Of a DNA stretch of 64,000 nt, positions 10,081 through 20,535 are shown piece after piece. Numbering within the stretch: position 1 is the first letter of the stretch; every line of letters begins with the position of its first letter. Source of the DNA: Marinobacter sp. (GTDB lineage Bacteria > Pseudomonadota > Gammaproteobacteria > Pseudomonadales > Oleiphilaceae); the NCBI GenBank assembly GCA_002718255.1, contig PBED01000028.1, positions 45,271 through 109,270 on the forward strand, given 5' to 3'. The position numbers and the translations under genes were made by a program. A model generated the notes under the pieces. That model was not told the DNA's origin, did no database searches, and worked only from the letters and a program-made list of their open reading frames with translations.

Positions 10081-10890
10081 ATGAGTAAAAAACGTCGCGA
10101 GATTCCCGTATTCGATCACCCGATCATCGAAACCCACTGTCACCTGGATTACCTCAAGGACCGTCCGCTCGAGGAAACCCTGGAGCAGGCAAAAGGGGTC
10201 AATATCGAGAAAGTGATCACCATTGCGGTGTCCCCGGACAACCTTGCCAGAGTACGCGAACTCAGCCAGGTTGCGCCTTGGGTTTATGGTACTCAGGGGA
10301 TCCACCCCCACGATGCTGAAAGCTATTCTGATGACGTGGAAGCCGAAATCTGTGCCCACGCCCGGGACGAGAAGATCGTTGCGGTGGGCGAGATCGGGCT
10401 GGACTATTTTTACGACAACGCCGACCGAGATGTTCAGCGCGAGGTGTTCCGGCGTCAGCTTCAGATCGCCTGCGACACTGATCGGCCTGTGGTCATCCAC
10501 AGTCGGGAGGCCGACGAGGACACCATCGAGATCCTTGCCGAGTTTGAGGACACACTCAAACGCCGTGGCGTGATCCACAGCTTCACGTCCGGCCCGGGAC
10601 TTGCCCGGTATGCCCTGGATCAGGGTTGGTGCCTGGGCTTTAACGGCATCACGACATTCAACAAGGCCGAGAATGTACGCGACATCGTGCGTATGGCTCC
10701 GATTGACCAGATCCTTCTGGAAACCGATTCCCCCTTCCTTACCCCGGTACCCTACCGCGGCAAGGAAAACGCACCGTTCTACCTGCCGTTTGTGGCCGAG
10801 AAAATCGCAGAGGTGAAAGAACTGCCTCTGGACGAAGTGATTGGCAAGACGTATCACAACAGCCTGAGGACGTTTTTCTCCAGCGAATGA
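10081..10890 (+). CDS. TatD family hydrolase
   Basis: ETHCHLD, GIHPH, VGEIGLD, IHSR, LLETDSP. Confidence 0.93.
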   Translation: MSKKRREIPVFDHPIIETHCHLDYLKDRPLEETLEQAKGVNIEKVITIAVSPDNLARVRELSQVAPWVYGTQGIHPHDAESYSDDVEAEICAHARDEKIVAVGEIGLDYFYDNADRDVQREVFRRQLQIACDTDRPVVIHSREADEDTIEILAEFEDTLKRRGVIHSFTSGPGLARYALDQGWCLGFNGITTFNKAENVRDIVRMAPIDQILLETDSPFLTPVPYRGKENAPFYLPFVAEKIAEVKELPLDEVIGKTYHNSLRTFFSSE

Positions 10891-12095
10891 TCAAGCGCGC
10901 CCCCATTTCCGCACTCAAGGTCGGCATGTACATAACCGACCTGAACAACGACTGGATTCCCCACAACACCCAGCGCAAGCGAGGTGTTATCAAAAAAGAG
11001 GAAACCATCGAGAAAATCCGCCGTATGGGCGTGGAGTTCGTCTATATCGATGCCTCGAAGGGGCTCGATACCCAGGACTCGGAAACCGCCGCCGAGGTGG
11101 ATCGCCGGAATGAGTCGGCCCTGCAAAAGGCGGGTGAACTGACGCCCGGCCTGCGGCCCTATGTACCACTTGCCGAAGAAATGGTCATCGCCCAGCAAAT
11201 CCACAGCCAGGCCCAGGGGCTGGTGGGCGAGTTCATGAATCACGCCAAGGTTGGCGGCGCCATTGATGTGGCCCCCATCCATCAGTTGGCGGACGAACTA
11301 CAGCATTCAGTGCTCCGAAATGCCAACGCCCTGAGCTGTCTGGGACGAATCCGGGAAAAAGACAATTATCTGCTGGAACACTCGGTCAACCTGAGTGTCC
11401 TGATGTCACTTTTCGGGAATTACCGGGGCCTGTCGTCTGACGTTCTGCACCAGACTATCGTTGGCGCCCTGCTCCACGACCTGGGCAAAATCCTCACACC
11501 CGACGAGATACTGCACAAACCCGGCCGCCTGACCCCCGAGGAGTTTGAAGTGATGAAACTCCACGCCCGCCATTCACGGGACATTCTGGCTACCACAGAG
11601 GGCATTGGCGAGCTCACCGTCATCACGGCGGCCCAGCACCACGAACGCCTCGACGGCACAGGCTATCCAGAGGGTCTGAAGGGTGATGAGATCTCGGAAT
11701 ACGGTCGCATGGTGGCGATCAGCGATGTATACGATGCCATCACCGCAGACCGGGTCTATCACAAGGGCATGACACCAACACAGGGTCTGAAGAAGCTTCT
11801 GGAGTGGAGCGGCACTCACCTCGATCCCAGTCTGGTCAAACAGTTTATCCGGTGCCTGGGCCTTTACCCGGTGGGTTCGCTGGTGCTTCTGGAAAGTGGT
11901 CGCCTTGGCGTCGTGGTTGAAGCCAATGACAGTGACCAGAGGCTGCCGACTGTGCGCGTTATGTACCACACCAAATTCCGCATGCCGATCACAGTAGATA
12001 CCCTCGATCTCGCGAAACCGGGCACACAGGACCGGATTCTGCGAGCCGTTGATCCGGAAACCTACAAGATTGATGTCAGGAAATTCCTCGCCTGA
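10887..12095 (+). CDS. HD-GYP cyclic dinucleotide phosphodiesterase (DUF3391-type N-terminus)
   Basis: LKVGMYI, LLHDLGK, HHERLDGTGYP; ATGA overlap with tatD. Confidence 0.92.
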   Translation: MIKRAPISALKVGMYITDLNNDWIPHNTQRKRGVIKKEETIEKIRRMGVEFVYIDASKGLDTQDSETAAEVDRRNESALQKAGELTPGLRPYVPLAEEMVIAQQIHSQAQGLVGEFMNHAKVGGAIDVAPIHQLADELQHSVLRNANALSCLGRIREKDNYLLEHSVNLSVLMSLFGNYRGLSSDVLHQTIVGALLHDLGKILTPDEILHKPGRLTPEEFEVMKLHARHSRDILATTEGIGELTVITAAQHHERLDGTGYPEGLKGDEISEYGRMVAISDVYDAITADRVYHKGMTPTQGLKKLLEWSGTHLDPSLVKQFIRCLGLYPVGSLVLLESGRLGVVVEANDSDQRLPTVRVMYHTKFRMPITVDTLDLAKPGTQDRILRAVDPETYKIDVRKFLA

Positions 12096-12146
12096 GAACG
12101 CTGACAGCCGCGGACAGCTCGGAATAGAGTGGTTCAACAGCTGCTA

Positions 12147-14426
12147 TCAGGAAGATGGATCAGAGAATCGGACATAGCGATTGCGGCCCCGGTGCTTGGC
12201 CTGATACATGGCCTGGTCGGCCTGGCGCAGGAGCTGGTCGCCGTCCAGATCCTCTGCCTGCGGGAACAGCGTGTAGCCGATACTGGCTGAAACTTCGACG
12301 CTGTGATCGGCAACCCAGACAGGTTCTGCCACCCGCGCCAAAAGACGTACCAACAGGGTCTCAAGAGATGCGTCGTCCTGAACATTCATCACGATGGCCG
12401 CAAACTCATCACCACCGAGCCTCGCCAGAGTATCCTCTTGCCGGAGTTCCGAACGCATACGGGCGGCCACCTCGACAAGCAACTGGTCACCCGCCTCATG
12501 ACCGAAGGCATCGTTTACCGGCTTGAACTCGTCCAGATCAATATAAACCACCGCCAGTTTGCCGCTCTGACGCCGGGTAAGAGCCATGCCTTGCTGCAAT
12601 CGGTCGGCAAACAGAACCCGGTTAGGCATTCCGGTCAGGGCATCGTAATGGGCCATGATCCGGAGCTTTCTTTCCTGCTCTTTAAGCCGACTGATGTCAC
12701 TGAAAATACCGACAAAATGCGAGACTTCGCCATGATCGCCACGAACACTGCTCAGTGTTACCGACAAGGTAATCGGCTCGCCATCATTGCGTCTGCTGGA
12801 AAACTCTCCGGACCAGAAGCCCTGAGACCGGGCACTGGCGAAAATACCACTGCCTTCCTCCACCGGTAGGGGTGGCAGTCTTCCTATTGCCCGATTGCGG
12901 GGCCGGCCGGTTATCGCCAGATACGCATCGTTGGCATCAATCACGATGCCGTGATTATCAGTAATGAAAATAGCCTCGCGGGCGTATTCGAAGACGCTCG
13001 CCGCCAGCCGCTGCCGCTGTTCCGCGTGTTTCCGGAGAGTGATTTCATACAGGGAGCAAAGAATCAGAGCTTCCGGTTCGTCCTCGGTGTGGACGGGCGC
13101 CATGGTAAGCTCCACCCAGATCTCCGTGCCGTCAGAGCGATTCAGAACCCATTCGCACTGTTCCACCTGACCCGCCGAAACCCGGGCCAGCATGGGCGCC
13201 ATTTTCTGTCGGGAAATCTGCCCGTCTGGCTGGAATTCCGGCGAAAAGACCGCCAGATCCTTGCCGACCAGTGATTCACTGGAGGTGTACCTGAGCAGGT
13301 CAACAGAAGCCCGGTTGGTGTCGATGAAAAGTCCACCGCGGATCAGCAATGCAGCTTGTGGCCAACCCCGGATAAGCTGGCGCAGACGCCTCTGTTCCGC
13401 GGCCAGCTGCCGCTTGCTCTTGCCCAGCCAGAGCGACAATGCCACCAGCAACATGAGCAACACCAGAATGGTAAAGACCCAGAGCCGATACTGGTGCAAC
13501 GCATCCACCCAGGTAAGTTGGGGCACCTGGTCGTAGGGCGTTACCCGCAGAGTGCGAGCCAGGTACTCAACCGACTGGTAGTCTGCGGGCGGCGAAAAAC
13601 CCGAAATGCCCACTGACAGCGCCACCTCGTCTTCCGGCTCAATGGCAAAAAGCGCCGACGCGATACGACGGACAGCCCGCTCGTTTACATGGGGCAGCGC
13701 CACCAGGGGCCATTCCGGGTATAGACGGGTTGAAACAACGTAAGGGAAACCCGCCAGCCGCTGACGGTTCAGAACCTTTACCTTGGTAAACAGATCAGGG
13801 TCTTCCTGCGCCATCTGCTCCAGAATGCTGGTTCGGATAAAGCCTACATCGGCATATCCGGAGAGAACCGAACGAACCACTCGGTCGTGGGTGCCCATAA
13901 ACCGGATCAGATTCACTCTGCGGATATCAATACCGGCATCCATCAGCTCGAGAACCTGGGTCTGGTAGCCCCCGAGGAAATGGACACCGGGCGAGGCAAT
14001 GGTTTTATCACGGATATCGGCAAGCTGTTCAATGTCGTCGCGCTCGGCCCTGGTAAAGATCACGCCACCAAGACTGCCGGTCGAAGACTGGCCGGAGCGC
14101 CTGACCAGAGTCGCCAGAACGCCGGTCAGACTGCGTTCGCTTCGGATCAGTAGAAAATGGCTGGGATTGGTAAGAAAAAAATCGAGCCGGTTGGCGGCGA
14201 TCGCCCGGCTCATATTCTCCTGATTGAGAACCTCCAGCCTTACGGATATGCCGGTTTCCCTGGACAGGTAGTCCGTCAGAGGCTGGTAACGTTCCTGAAG
14301 CACACTGTCCGGCCGATAGGCGAATACACCCATAGTCAGTGTTTCATCGGCACTGGCTGATGCCATCGCCACAAATTCCGTGGCAAACAGAAAACAAAGA
14401 CAGGCAACAAACCGGCGAATATTCAA
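12147..14426 (-). CDS. Diguanylate cyclase with periplasmic phosphonate-binding-type sensor and two PAS domains
   Basis: Periplasmic PBP domain, TM helix, 2 PAS, YDALTGMPNR, DLDEFKPVND, RLGGDEF. Confidence 0.9.
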   Translation of the reverse strand: MNIRRFVACLCFLFATEFVAMASASADETLTMGVFAYRPDSVLQERYQPLTDYLSRETGISVRLEVLNQENMSRAIAANRLDFFLTNPSHFLLIRSERSLTGVLATLVRRSGQSSTGSLGGVIFTRAERDDIEQLADIRDKTIASPGVHFLGGYQTQVLELMDAGIDIRRVNLIRFMGTHDRVVRSVLSGYADVGFIRTSILEQMAQEDPDLFTKVKVLNRQRLAGFPYVVSTRLYPEWPLVALPHVNERAVRRIASALFAIEPEDEVALSVGISGFSPPADYQSVEYLARTLRVTPYDQVPQLTWVDALHQYRLWVFTILVLLMLLVALSLWLGKSKRQLAAEQRRLRQLIRGWPQAALLIRGGLFIDTNRASVDLLRYTSSESLVGKDLAVFSPEFQPDGQISRQKMAPMLARVSAGQVEQCEWVLNRSDGTEIWVELTMAPVHTEDEPEALILCSLYEITLRKHAEQRQRLAASVFEYAREAIFITDNHGIVIDANDAYLAITGRPRNRAIGRLPPLPVEEGSGIFASARSQGFWSGEFSSRRNDGEPITLSVTLSSVRGDHGEVSHFVGIFSDISRLKEQERKLRIMAHYDALTGMPNRVLFADRLQQGMALTRRQSGKLAVVYIDLDEFKPVNDAFGHEAGDQLLVEVAARMRSELRQEDTLARLGGDEFAAIVMNVQDDASLETLLVRLLARVAEPVWVADHSVEVSASIGYTLFPQAEDLDGDQLLRQADQAMYQAKHRGRNRYVRFSDPSS

Positions 14427-15382
14427 GAGACCCTCGCTGGCAGAAACGAAGGATCTGACATGCGCTGGATGCCAGGATTTTGATCAATCATACCCTCTGC
14501 CAGCATAAGGCGAGACAGGGATCCGGCCATGGTTTCGATGGGTCCGGCTGCTCTGAGATAACGCTGGTTCGCGGCCAGATCCGGCAGCATAACGCTGGCC
14601 AGTGCCATGCGAACCTCGTCCGGACTGATCCCCTGACGGGTGGCAATCCGGTACATTGAGTCGTGCATGCTCCGCACCAGGTGCTGCAGGCCGGTAAAAT
14701 GTCCGGTCAACAGGTCGCGAACCGCTCTGGAATTGCTCTCTGCCGCTTTCCGGGTCACCACCAGCACATCGAAGATGGTTTCCGGAATGTCGCTACTATC
14801 GAAGAGTCTGACGCCTCCGGCGTTCTCTATGAGTGACGCTGTTGGCTCGTAGCACACGGAAGCATCCACTTCACCGCGGGACCAGGCTTGTGCATGCTGG
14901 CTTACCGGCAAATCCACTTTTATCACGTCGCTGCGACCGAGCCCCGCTACCTCAAGGATTTTAAACAGCATAACGCCCGAGACGCCGTTCAGCTCCACCG
15001 CAATCCGCTGCCCCTTGAGGGCTGTCAATTCCGTGATCGATGGCTTGACCATCAGTACATCGGCGCCGGCGGACACATCAGCGACGGCAACCACAAGCAG
15101 TTCCAGCCCACTCGACCGGACCCGTATGGTTTCATCCAGAGTCAGCGCCGCCCCATCAAGCGCCCCTGAAATAAGGGCCTCCATGGAGTCTTTGGCAGAC
15201 GTGCCCGGCACCAGCGCAACCGTATCCGGCAACCAGTTGAAATCACGGGCAAGGTACAGTGGCTCGTAGCCGATCCAGGGGTGGATACCGAACCTCAGCG
15301 GGCCGGGATCGCTGCAACCCGGCAATCCCGCCGCGGACAGTCCGGCTGCTATCGATAGACCAAGGAATTCACGGCGTTGCAT
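14423..15382 (-). CDS. SsuA/NMT1-type substrate-binding lipoprotein with Tat signal
   Basis: RREFL twin-arginine motif, lipobox LPGC, WIGYEPLYLA, DVSAGAD. Confidence 0.82.
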   Translation of the reverse strand: MQRREFLGLSIAAGLSAAGLPGCSDPGPLRFGIHPWIGYEPLYLARDFNWLPDTVALVPGTSAKDSMEALISGALDGAALTLDETIRVRSSGLELLVVAVADVSAGADVLMVKPSITELTALKGQRIAVELNGVSGVMLFKILEVAGLGRSDVIKVDLPVSQHAQAWSRGEVDASVCYEPTASLIENAGGVRLFDSSDIPETIFDVLVVTRKAAESNSRAVRDLLTGHFTGLQHLVRSMHDSMYRIATRQGISPDEVRMALASVMLPDLAANQRYLRAAGPIETMAGSLSRLMLAEGMIDQNPGIQRMSDPSFLPARVS

Positions 15383-15485
15383 CAGGCTCCGGACCGGGCG
15401 AAGACATTAACATTTGTCAATAAACGACAGTTTACTGCTTCACATACTACCCGTAAAACCGCAACTTGCCTTGCACCGTGTCAAT

Positions 15486-16394
15486 TTATCCCAAAGACAG
15501 GAACACCCCCATCAGCACCGGCGAGAGAAAAGACAGCAAGAAACCGGAGGCGATCGCCACCGGAACACAGGTCAGCCCGCCACTGCTGCGGATAACCGGC
15601 AGGGTGAAGTCCATGGCGGTAGCGCCACCATAACCAATAGCCATGGCCGGCCTGTTGGCAATCAACAAGGGGATGATTGCCAGCGCAACAATCTCCCTGA
15701 GCACATCATTGAGGAAGGCCACGCCGCCCCAGGCAGGGCCAAGGGCTTCGCCGATGACAATGCCGGACAGCGAGTACCAGCCAAACCCGGAGGCAACCGC
15801 CAGGGCGTCGTGCCAGGGCAACCCAAGCCAGGGTATCAACAGGGCACCGGCCACCAGGGAACTGAGCGTCAGAGCCAGTGCAATGCCGAGGCCCTGCCGA
15901 TTCATCAGCAGCTTGCGCAGCGACAGCCCGGCATTGCGCAACTGCAGGCCGATAAGAAACAGCAGCAACATCAGGGACCAGGTCGCCAGTTGTTCCGCCA
16001 TGGGCATGTCCGGCAACAGGTAGTAGCCGGCAAGCAGCCCGGCAATAACCGCCACCAGCGGTTTCAGGCCAGCCAGAAAAAGCCGGCGGTATCCGGGGCT
16101 GACACTGCCCTCGACCCGCTCGATGGACATTGGCTGCCAGCGGTGGAACATCCAGAGCCCAAACATGTTGGCGACGAAAAGCACCAGCACCAGTGCCAGC
16201 ACCTGAGTCGCCATGCCACCCAGTTGCGCCGCCAGGCCTTCCATCTGGCCAAGCCCCAGGCCCAGCAGCAACAGGATAAAATAGACCAGGACCTCCACCG
16301 TGTAATGGATCACCGTCATGGCACGGCGGTTTTCCAGGGCGATGGCAAAACCAAAAAACAGGGGAGCAAGAATGAGCAAGGCTCCAGTCAGCAT
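15486..16394 (-). CDS. LysO family lysine exporter
   Basis: Multi-TM; ASGFGWYSLSG, GGATAMDFTLP. Confidence 0.88.
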   Translation of the reverse strand: MLTGALLILAPLFFGFAIALENRRAMTVIHYTVEVLVYFILLLLGLGLGQMEGLAAQLGGMATQVLALVLVLFVANMFGLWMFHRWQPMSIERVEGSVSPGYRRLFLAGLKPLVAVIAGLLAGYYLLPDMPMAEQLATWSLMLLLFLIGLQLRNAGLSLRKLLMNRQGLGIALALTLSSLVAGALLIPWLGLPWHDALAVASGFGWYSLSGIVIGEALGPAWGGVAFLNDVLREIVALAIIPLLIANRPAMAIGYGGATAMDFTLPVIRSSGGLTCVPVAIASGFLLSFLSPVLMGVFLSLG

Positions 16395-16421
16395 GGCGTC
16401 CTCGAAAAGAAAAGGGGGTTA

Positions 16422-16790
16422 TCAGGTCAGGGGTTTGAACTGGTCGGGATCGGCATCCGGGGTGGCCTGTTCGCCCTGGGGAGCTCCGATAGTGCGGGCA
16501 AGACGCTGGGCGGTAACGGACCAGACCGCATAATCTCCGGGCTTCGGCTCATAGCCTTTTCCCACCATGGTGCCGGCGACGCTCCTGAGAACCGATTCAG
16601 CCCGGGCCTGGGTTGGCCAGGGCCCACGGCAGAACTGCCCATCCGGGCGCCCCCGGTCAGGGCCAGCCAGAGCTACCAGGCCCCAATGACCGCCGCCTGC
16701 TGGCCGGATGTGCAGCTCGATGCGTTGGCCGTCTTTCACCATGACGAGATCCCGAAGCGGGCTACGGCCGTGGAAATAGTGGAGCTTCAT
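16422..16790 (-). CDS. Hypothetical protein
   Basis: Co-directional, tightly packed ORF between the DUF2288 and LysO genes. Confidence 0.6.
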   Translation of the reverse strand: MKLHYFHGRSPLRDLVMVKDGQRIELHIRPAGGGHWGLVALAGPDRGRPDGQFCRGPWPTQARAESVLRSVAGTMVGKGYEPKPGDYAVWSVTAQRLARTIGAPQGEQATPDADPDQFKPLT

Positions 16791-16802
16791 GATGCCATTC
16801 TG

Positions 16803-17123
16803 TCAGTGCAGAACATGCCCTGACCTGTCCTGCACGAGAACCCAGGGTGCGATGACGACCGCCCAGAGTTCCGCATTGCGATCATACCAATCCTGAGCGG
16901 TGTCCGGCGCAACCTCACCAACGCGTCCATCGTTCATCCACTGTTCGAAACGGGCTTTGTTATCCGCCGCCAACTCAGTCGCCACTTCAAGCAGATCCAG
17001 GTCCGGCGACACCCTGACGACCTGCCCCCTCGCAAAGTAGGTCTGCAGATCGTGCCAGCGGATGCGAGAAGTCTCAAGATTCAGCTTGGCTTTCAATTCG
17101 TCCCGGGATGGGGAGGATGACAT
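16803..17123 (-). CDS. DUF2288 family protein
   Basis: KLNLETSRIRW...LWAVVIAPWVLVQ. Confidence 0.88.
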   Translation of the reverse strand: MSSSPSRDELKAKLNLETSRIRWHDLQTYFARGQVVRVSPDLDLLEVATELAADNKARFEQWMNDGRVGEVAPDTAQDWYDRNAELWAVVIAPWVLVQDRSGHVLH

Positions 17124-17163
17124 GACTACCTCATCAGTCTAAACAGGGCTCAGGCTGGCCAGA

Positions 17164-17577
17164 CTACCGGAAATCTCGCCCCACCGCATCTGCCAGAATC
17201 TGAGCAATCTGTTCTGAAAGGTTCATGGGGTCAAAGGGCTTCGGTATGACACCGAGCGCTCCCAACGCCTGATATTCCTCGATTTCGGATTTCTGTAGCC
17301 TGGCGGTCATAAAGATGACTGGCACTGTCTCCATCCCATCAAGCTCACGCAGTGCCTGCAACGTCGTAGGACCATCCATTCCCGGCATCATAACGTCCAG
17401 CAAAATCAGTTCCGGCTCGAATTCTGGGGCTCTCTCCACAGCCTCAGCGCCGGACTCGCAAATCGCCGTTAAAAAGCCGCCGACATCCTCCAGAGCAATT
17501 TCCGCGACTGCCCGAATATCCGGATCATCCTCAACATACAGAATCTTCTGAGGCAAGTTTTGTTGTTTACTCTCCAT
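17164..17577 (-). CDS. Single-domain response regulator (CheY-like)
   Basis: YVEDD, LLDVMMPGMDG, FMTA, KPF. Confidence 0.9.
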   Translation of the reverse strand: MESKQQNLPQKILYVEDDPDIRAVAEIALEDVGGFLTAICESGAEAVERAPEFEPELILLDVMMPGMDGPTTLQALRELDGMETVPVIFMTARLQKSEIEEYQALGALGVIPKPFDPMNLSEQIAQILADAVGRDFR

Positions 17578-18715
17578 TACTTTTCTCCCGCTCTGTTTCT
17601 TCGGTTTCCATACCAATGCGTCTAATCAGCCTGCGGCATTCCTCGGAGTCCTGCTCGCCTGAAGCCAAAAGAGAGGCAGCACGCATAATCAGCCGTTCCT
17701 CACGGGTGCAATCGTTGGGCAGAAAATGGACGGCACCGATCAGCTCCCGGACCCCCAGCGGCAAGCGCCATTGAACCTTGAGCCGGTTTCCATAAGCCTG
17801 TGCCCACTCCTCCAGAACCTTTTCCGCCTCTGCCGTTCCGATTTCACCTCCGGCTGCAGCATACTGGTTGAGTACCTTGAGAACAGCGAGCTCGCCCAGG
17901 CGGCTTAGCAACCCGGCTTTTTGAAGCGGGAGGGGTTGTTTCTTCAGGCTGATCGCCAATCGCTGGGCCTCTTTTGCCACCTGCAAGGCGCATTCGTGGT
18001 AGGTTTTTGAAAGCTCGCGTAGCGGCTCATGCTGCAGCTTGTTGGATACATCCAGCGACAACGCCAAAGCCTGGTTCAGTGCAAGAGGTACGCCCAGAGA
18101 CCCGATAGCATCTCTCAGAGTTTCAACGGGCTTGCCGGAACGCCTGAATGAGCTGCTGTTGGCCACATCCAGCAAACGGGCGGTGAGGCTGGCCTCTTCT
18201 CGCCAGCGCTCAGCCAGCTGCGCCGCGGAAAGATCTCCCTGGCGACCGATTAATTCAAGAATGTCCGAAGGGTCCACATCGGAGGGCAACTGAATCACTT
18301 CCTCCAGTGAATCACGGAGCAATGTCTTGAGGTCCGGCGCTTCAGAGGTCTGATCGACTTTCAGTAGCTTTCCAAGCCGTTCGTGGAGGTTCGCCACATC
18401 GAAGGGTTTGGTCATGTAACCGTCGATCCCGTAATGAGCCGCCTGCAACACAGACTCCCGATCAGAGCGGCCGGAAACCATCACAATGGGAACATCACGA
18501 TCCAGTTGACGCACCTGCCTGACAAGTTCCAGCCCCGATCCATCCGGCAGATTTCTGTCCGCAATGTAAAGGTCAAACCGGTTATTTTTTACCTGCCTGA
18601 GCGCTTCACCGAGAGTATCGGCGAGCACAACAGACACACCCGAGTATAGGCCCGCGACGACAGTTTCCAGCAACTCTGCAATGAGATCATCGTCTTCAAG
18701 AATCAGCGCTTTCAA
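17567..18715 (-). CDS. Response regulator with HDOD domain
   Basis: N-terminal REC (LEDD, ADRNLPDGSG, KPF); HDOD (LTARLLDVANSS, AGLLSRLGEL, WRLP). Confidence 0.87.
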   Translation of the reverse strand: MKALILEDDDLIAELLETVVAGLYSGVSVVLADTLGEALRQVKNNRFDLYIADRNLPDGSGLELVRQVRQLDRDVPIVMVSGRSDRESVLQAAHYGIDGYMTKPFDVANLHERLGKLLKVDQTSEAPDLKTLLRDSLEEVIQLPSDVDPSDILELIGRQGDLSAAQLAERWREEASLTARLLDVANSSSFRRSGKPVETLRDAIGSLGVPLALNQALALSLDVSNKLQHEPLRELSKTYHECALQVAKEAQRLAISLKKQPLPLQKAGLLSRLGELAVLKVLNQYAAAGGEIGTAEAEKVLEEWAQAYGNRLKVQWRLPLGVRELIGAVHFLPNDCTREERLIMRAASLLASGEQDSEECRRLIRRIGMETEETEREKSNGE

Positions 18716-18742
18716 ATGACCACCCTAAGCGTACAACGGACA

Positions 18743-20431
18743 TTATTTGGAAGAGTAAACGGTCACCCCGTCACGGCCACCGCGTTTGCGCTCATAAAGC
18801 GCCTGATCGGCGGCATTCAGGGCATCCTCACCGTTGGTAAAATCATTAATCGCGGCAATGCCTGCGCTGAAAGTAACCTGAAAGCTGGACTCTCCCGCCA
18901 CGAAAGAAAGTTCGGAAAAGCTTTCACCAATTCCACGAATCAGGTCTTTGGCCGCAGAAACATCACACTCAGGTAAAACCACCAGAAACTCCTCGCCTCC
19001 GTAACGACCGATCATATCAGTCTCGCGCAACCGATTTCTCAGAAGGTTGGCAAGGGTGCGAATCACGATATCACCCTGCGAGTGGCCCCAAGTATCGTTT
19101 ACCGTCTTGAAATGATCGAGATCAAGCATAACAACACAGGACCGGTGACCACTCCTACGACATCTTGCCAGTTCTTTTTCAACCTCTTCCTTGATCAATG
19201 AATGTTTCAGAAGACCGGTCAAGCTATCCCGGTTCATAAGCTCGGAAAGCTGACGGGCCCGGTAACAACGAATGCGCACCGACCGGACCAGATAACTATC
19301 CGAGACCGGCTTCATCAGGAATTCATCCGCGCCCTTGGACAAAGCCTCCAGCTGGTTTTCGCGATCATCCTCAGAAGAGAGATAAATGATTGGCAGGCTC
19401 AACCACCGTGGCTCGAACCGAATCAGCCGGGCGAGCGTGACACCGGAATAGTCGCCGATCTGAACATCCATCAGGACGATGTCCGGCACAAAGTCTGCAA
19501 GGCTGGACGTCAGGTGAAAAGGCTCTGACACTGCTTGCGCCTCAATACCGGCCGCCTGCAACACCAGACAATAGTGTTCGGCCAGCTCGGCATCGTCTTC
19601 GACGATCAGCACCCGCCCCTGTACATTGGCGCTGCGTTCAATGGCAAGCGACTCAATCCTTTCGGCAAGTTCAGGTATGTCCACCGGATCCGGGAAGAAT
19701 GCATACGCTCCGGTCTCGGCCACTCTGTAGCGGTTCTGGAAAGAATTATCGCTGCCAAGGCAGATTACCGGCAGGCGACGACGAGAGCTTTCCTCAAAAG
19801 ACGTGTTCCGTATGGACATAACATCTGAAAGAGCCGATTCCCGACACAAAATGGCCGCTGCTCCGCGGACCTCAGCCAATGCGTTGCCAAGTGCGCCGGC
19901 ATCATTACAATCTACACGGGTGAAGGAAAAGCCATACGGAGCCATCTCCTTCTCCAGCATCGCGAGGCGTTCTTCCCCCTTTTCCACGAGCAGAACGCTC
20001 ACCTGCATGCCCTGGCTACCCTTGTAGGTCGTGGGCTCCTCGGTAAAGCTACTATCCTGGTCAACCGCCTGACTCTTGACTTCAACAAGCTCTGCGAGCG
20101 CGTCTATTCCATCTGCAAATCCGTCGGGAATGTCGATAGGATGGCTGAGGACGTCGTCGAGAGCGCCAAGACTCTCAGCTTGACCTTTTAACTCCTTTTC
20201 CAGTGCCTTGGCAGCTTCACCTAGCTCTGGAAGGCCGAATGTCCCCGCCGAACCGGACAACTTGTGCAGGCTTTGATAGCAAAACAACAATCCGTCGGCA
20301 GAGAACTCACCACGCCGGGTTTTCTCTGCCAATGTTCGCAATTGCTGAATATCTTCTTTGGCCCGCTCAAGAAATCTTTGCCTGAGCACTTCCAGCCGTG
20401 AAGAAATCTTGCCTGTCGACTCCAAGGCCAC
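18743..20431 (-). CDS. Hpt-REC-REC-GGDEF diguanylate cyclase
   Basis: Hpt LHKLSGSAGTFG, degenerate REC, canonical REC (VEDD, LMDVQ), RYGGEEF. Confidence 0.9.
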   Translation of the reverse strand: MALESTGKISSRLEVLRQRFLERAKEDIQQLRTLAEKTRRGEFSADGLLFCYQSLHKLSGSAGTFGLPELGEAAKALEKELKGQAESLGALDDVLSHPIDIPDGFADGIDALAELVEVKSQAVDQDSSFTEEPTTYKGSQGMQVSVLLVEKGEERLAMLEKEMAPYGFSFTRVDCNDAGALGNALAEVRGAAAILCRESALSDVMSIRNTSFEESSRRRLPVICLGSDNSFQNRYRVAETGAYAFFPDPVDIPELAERIESLAIERSANVQGRVLIVEDDAELAEHYCLVLQAAGIEAQAVSEPFHLTSSLADFVPDIVLMDVQIGDYSGVTLARLIRFEPRWLSLPIIYLSSEDDRENQLEALSKGADEFLMKPVSDSYLVRSVRIRCYRARQLSELMNRDSLTGLLKHSLIKEEVEKELARCRRSGHRSCVVMLDLDHFKTVNDTWGHSQGDIVIRTLANLLRNRLRETDMIGRYGGEEFLVVLPECDVSAAKDLIRGIGESFSELSFVAGESSFQVTFSAGIAAINDFTNGEDALNAADQALYERKRGGRDGVTVYSSK

Positions 20432-20535
20432 ATCAATACTCCTGGTGGACTATTTGCCACGCCGGCAAATTCAATTACTCTCTCGGTAATGAAAACACGT
20501 TTCAACTGCTACCGCTACGACCTGAAGGGCTGAAT

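Noticed and set aside
15414-16823. 469-aa + strand ORF
   Set aside because: Antisense shadow of lysO and its neighbour; Q/H-rich composition typical of reverse frames.
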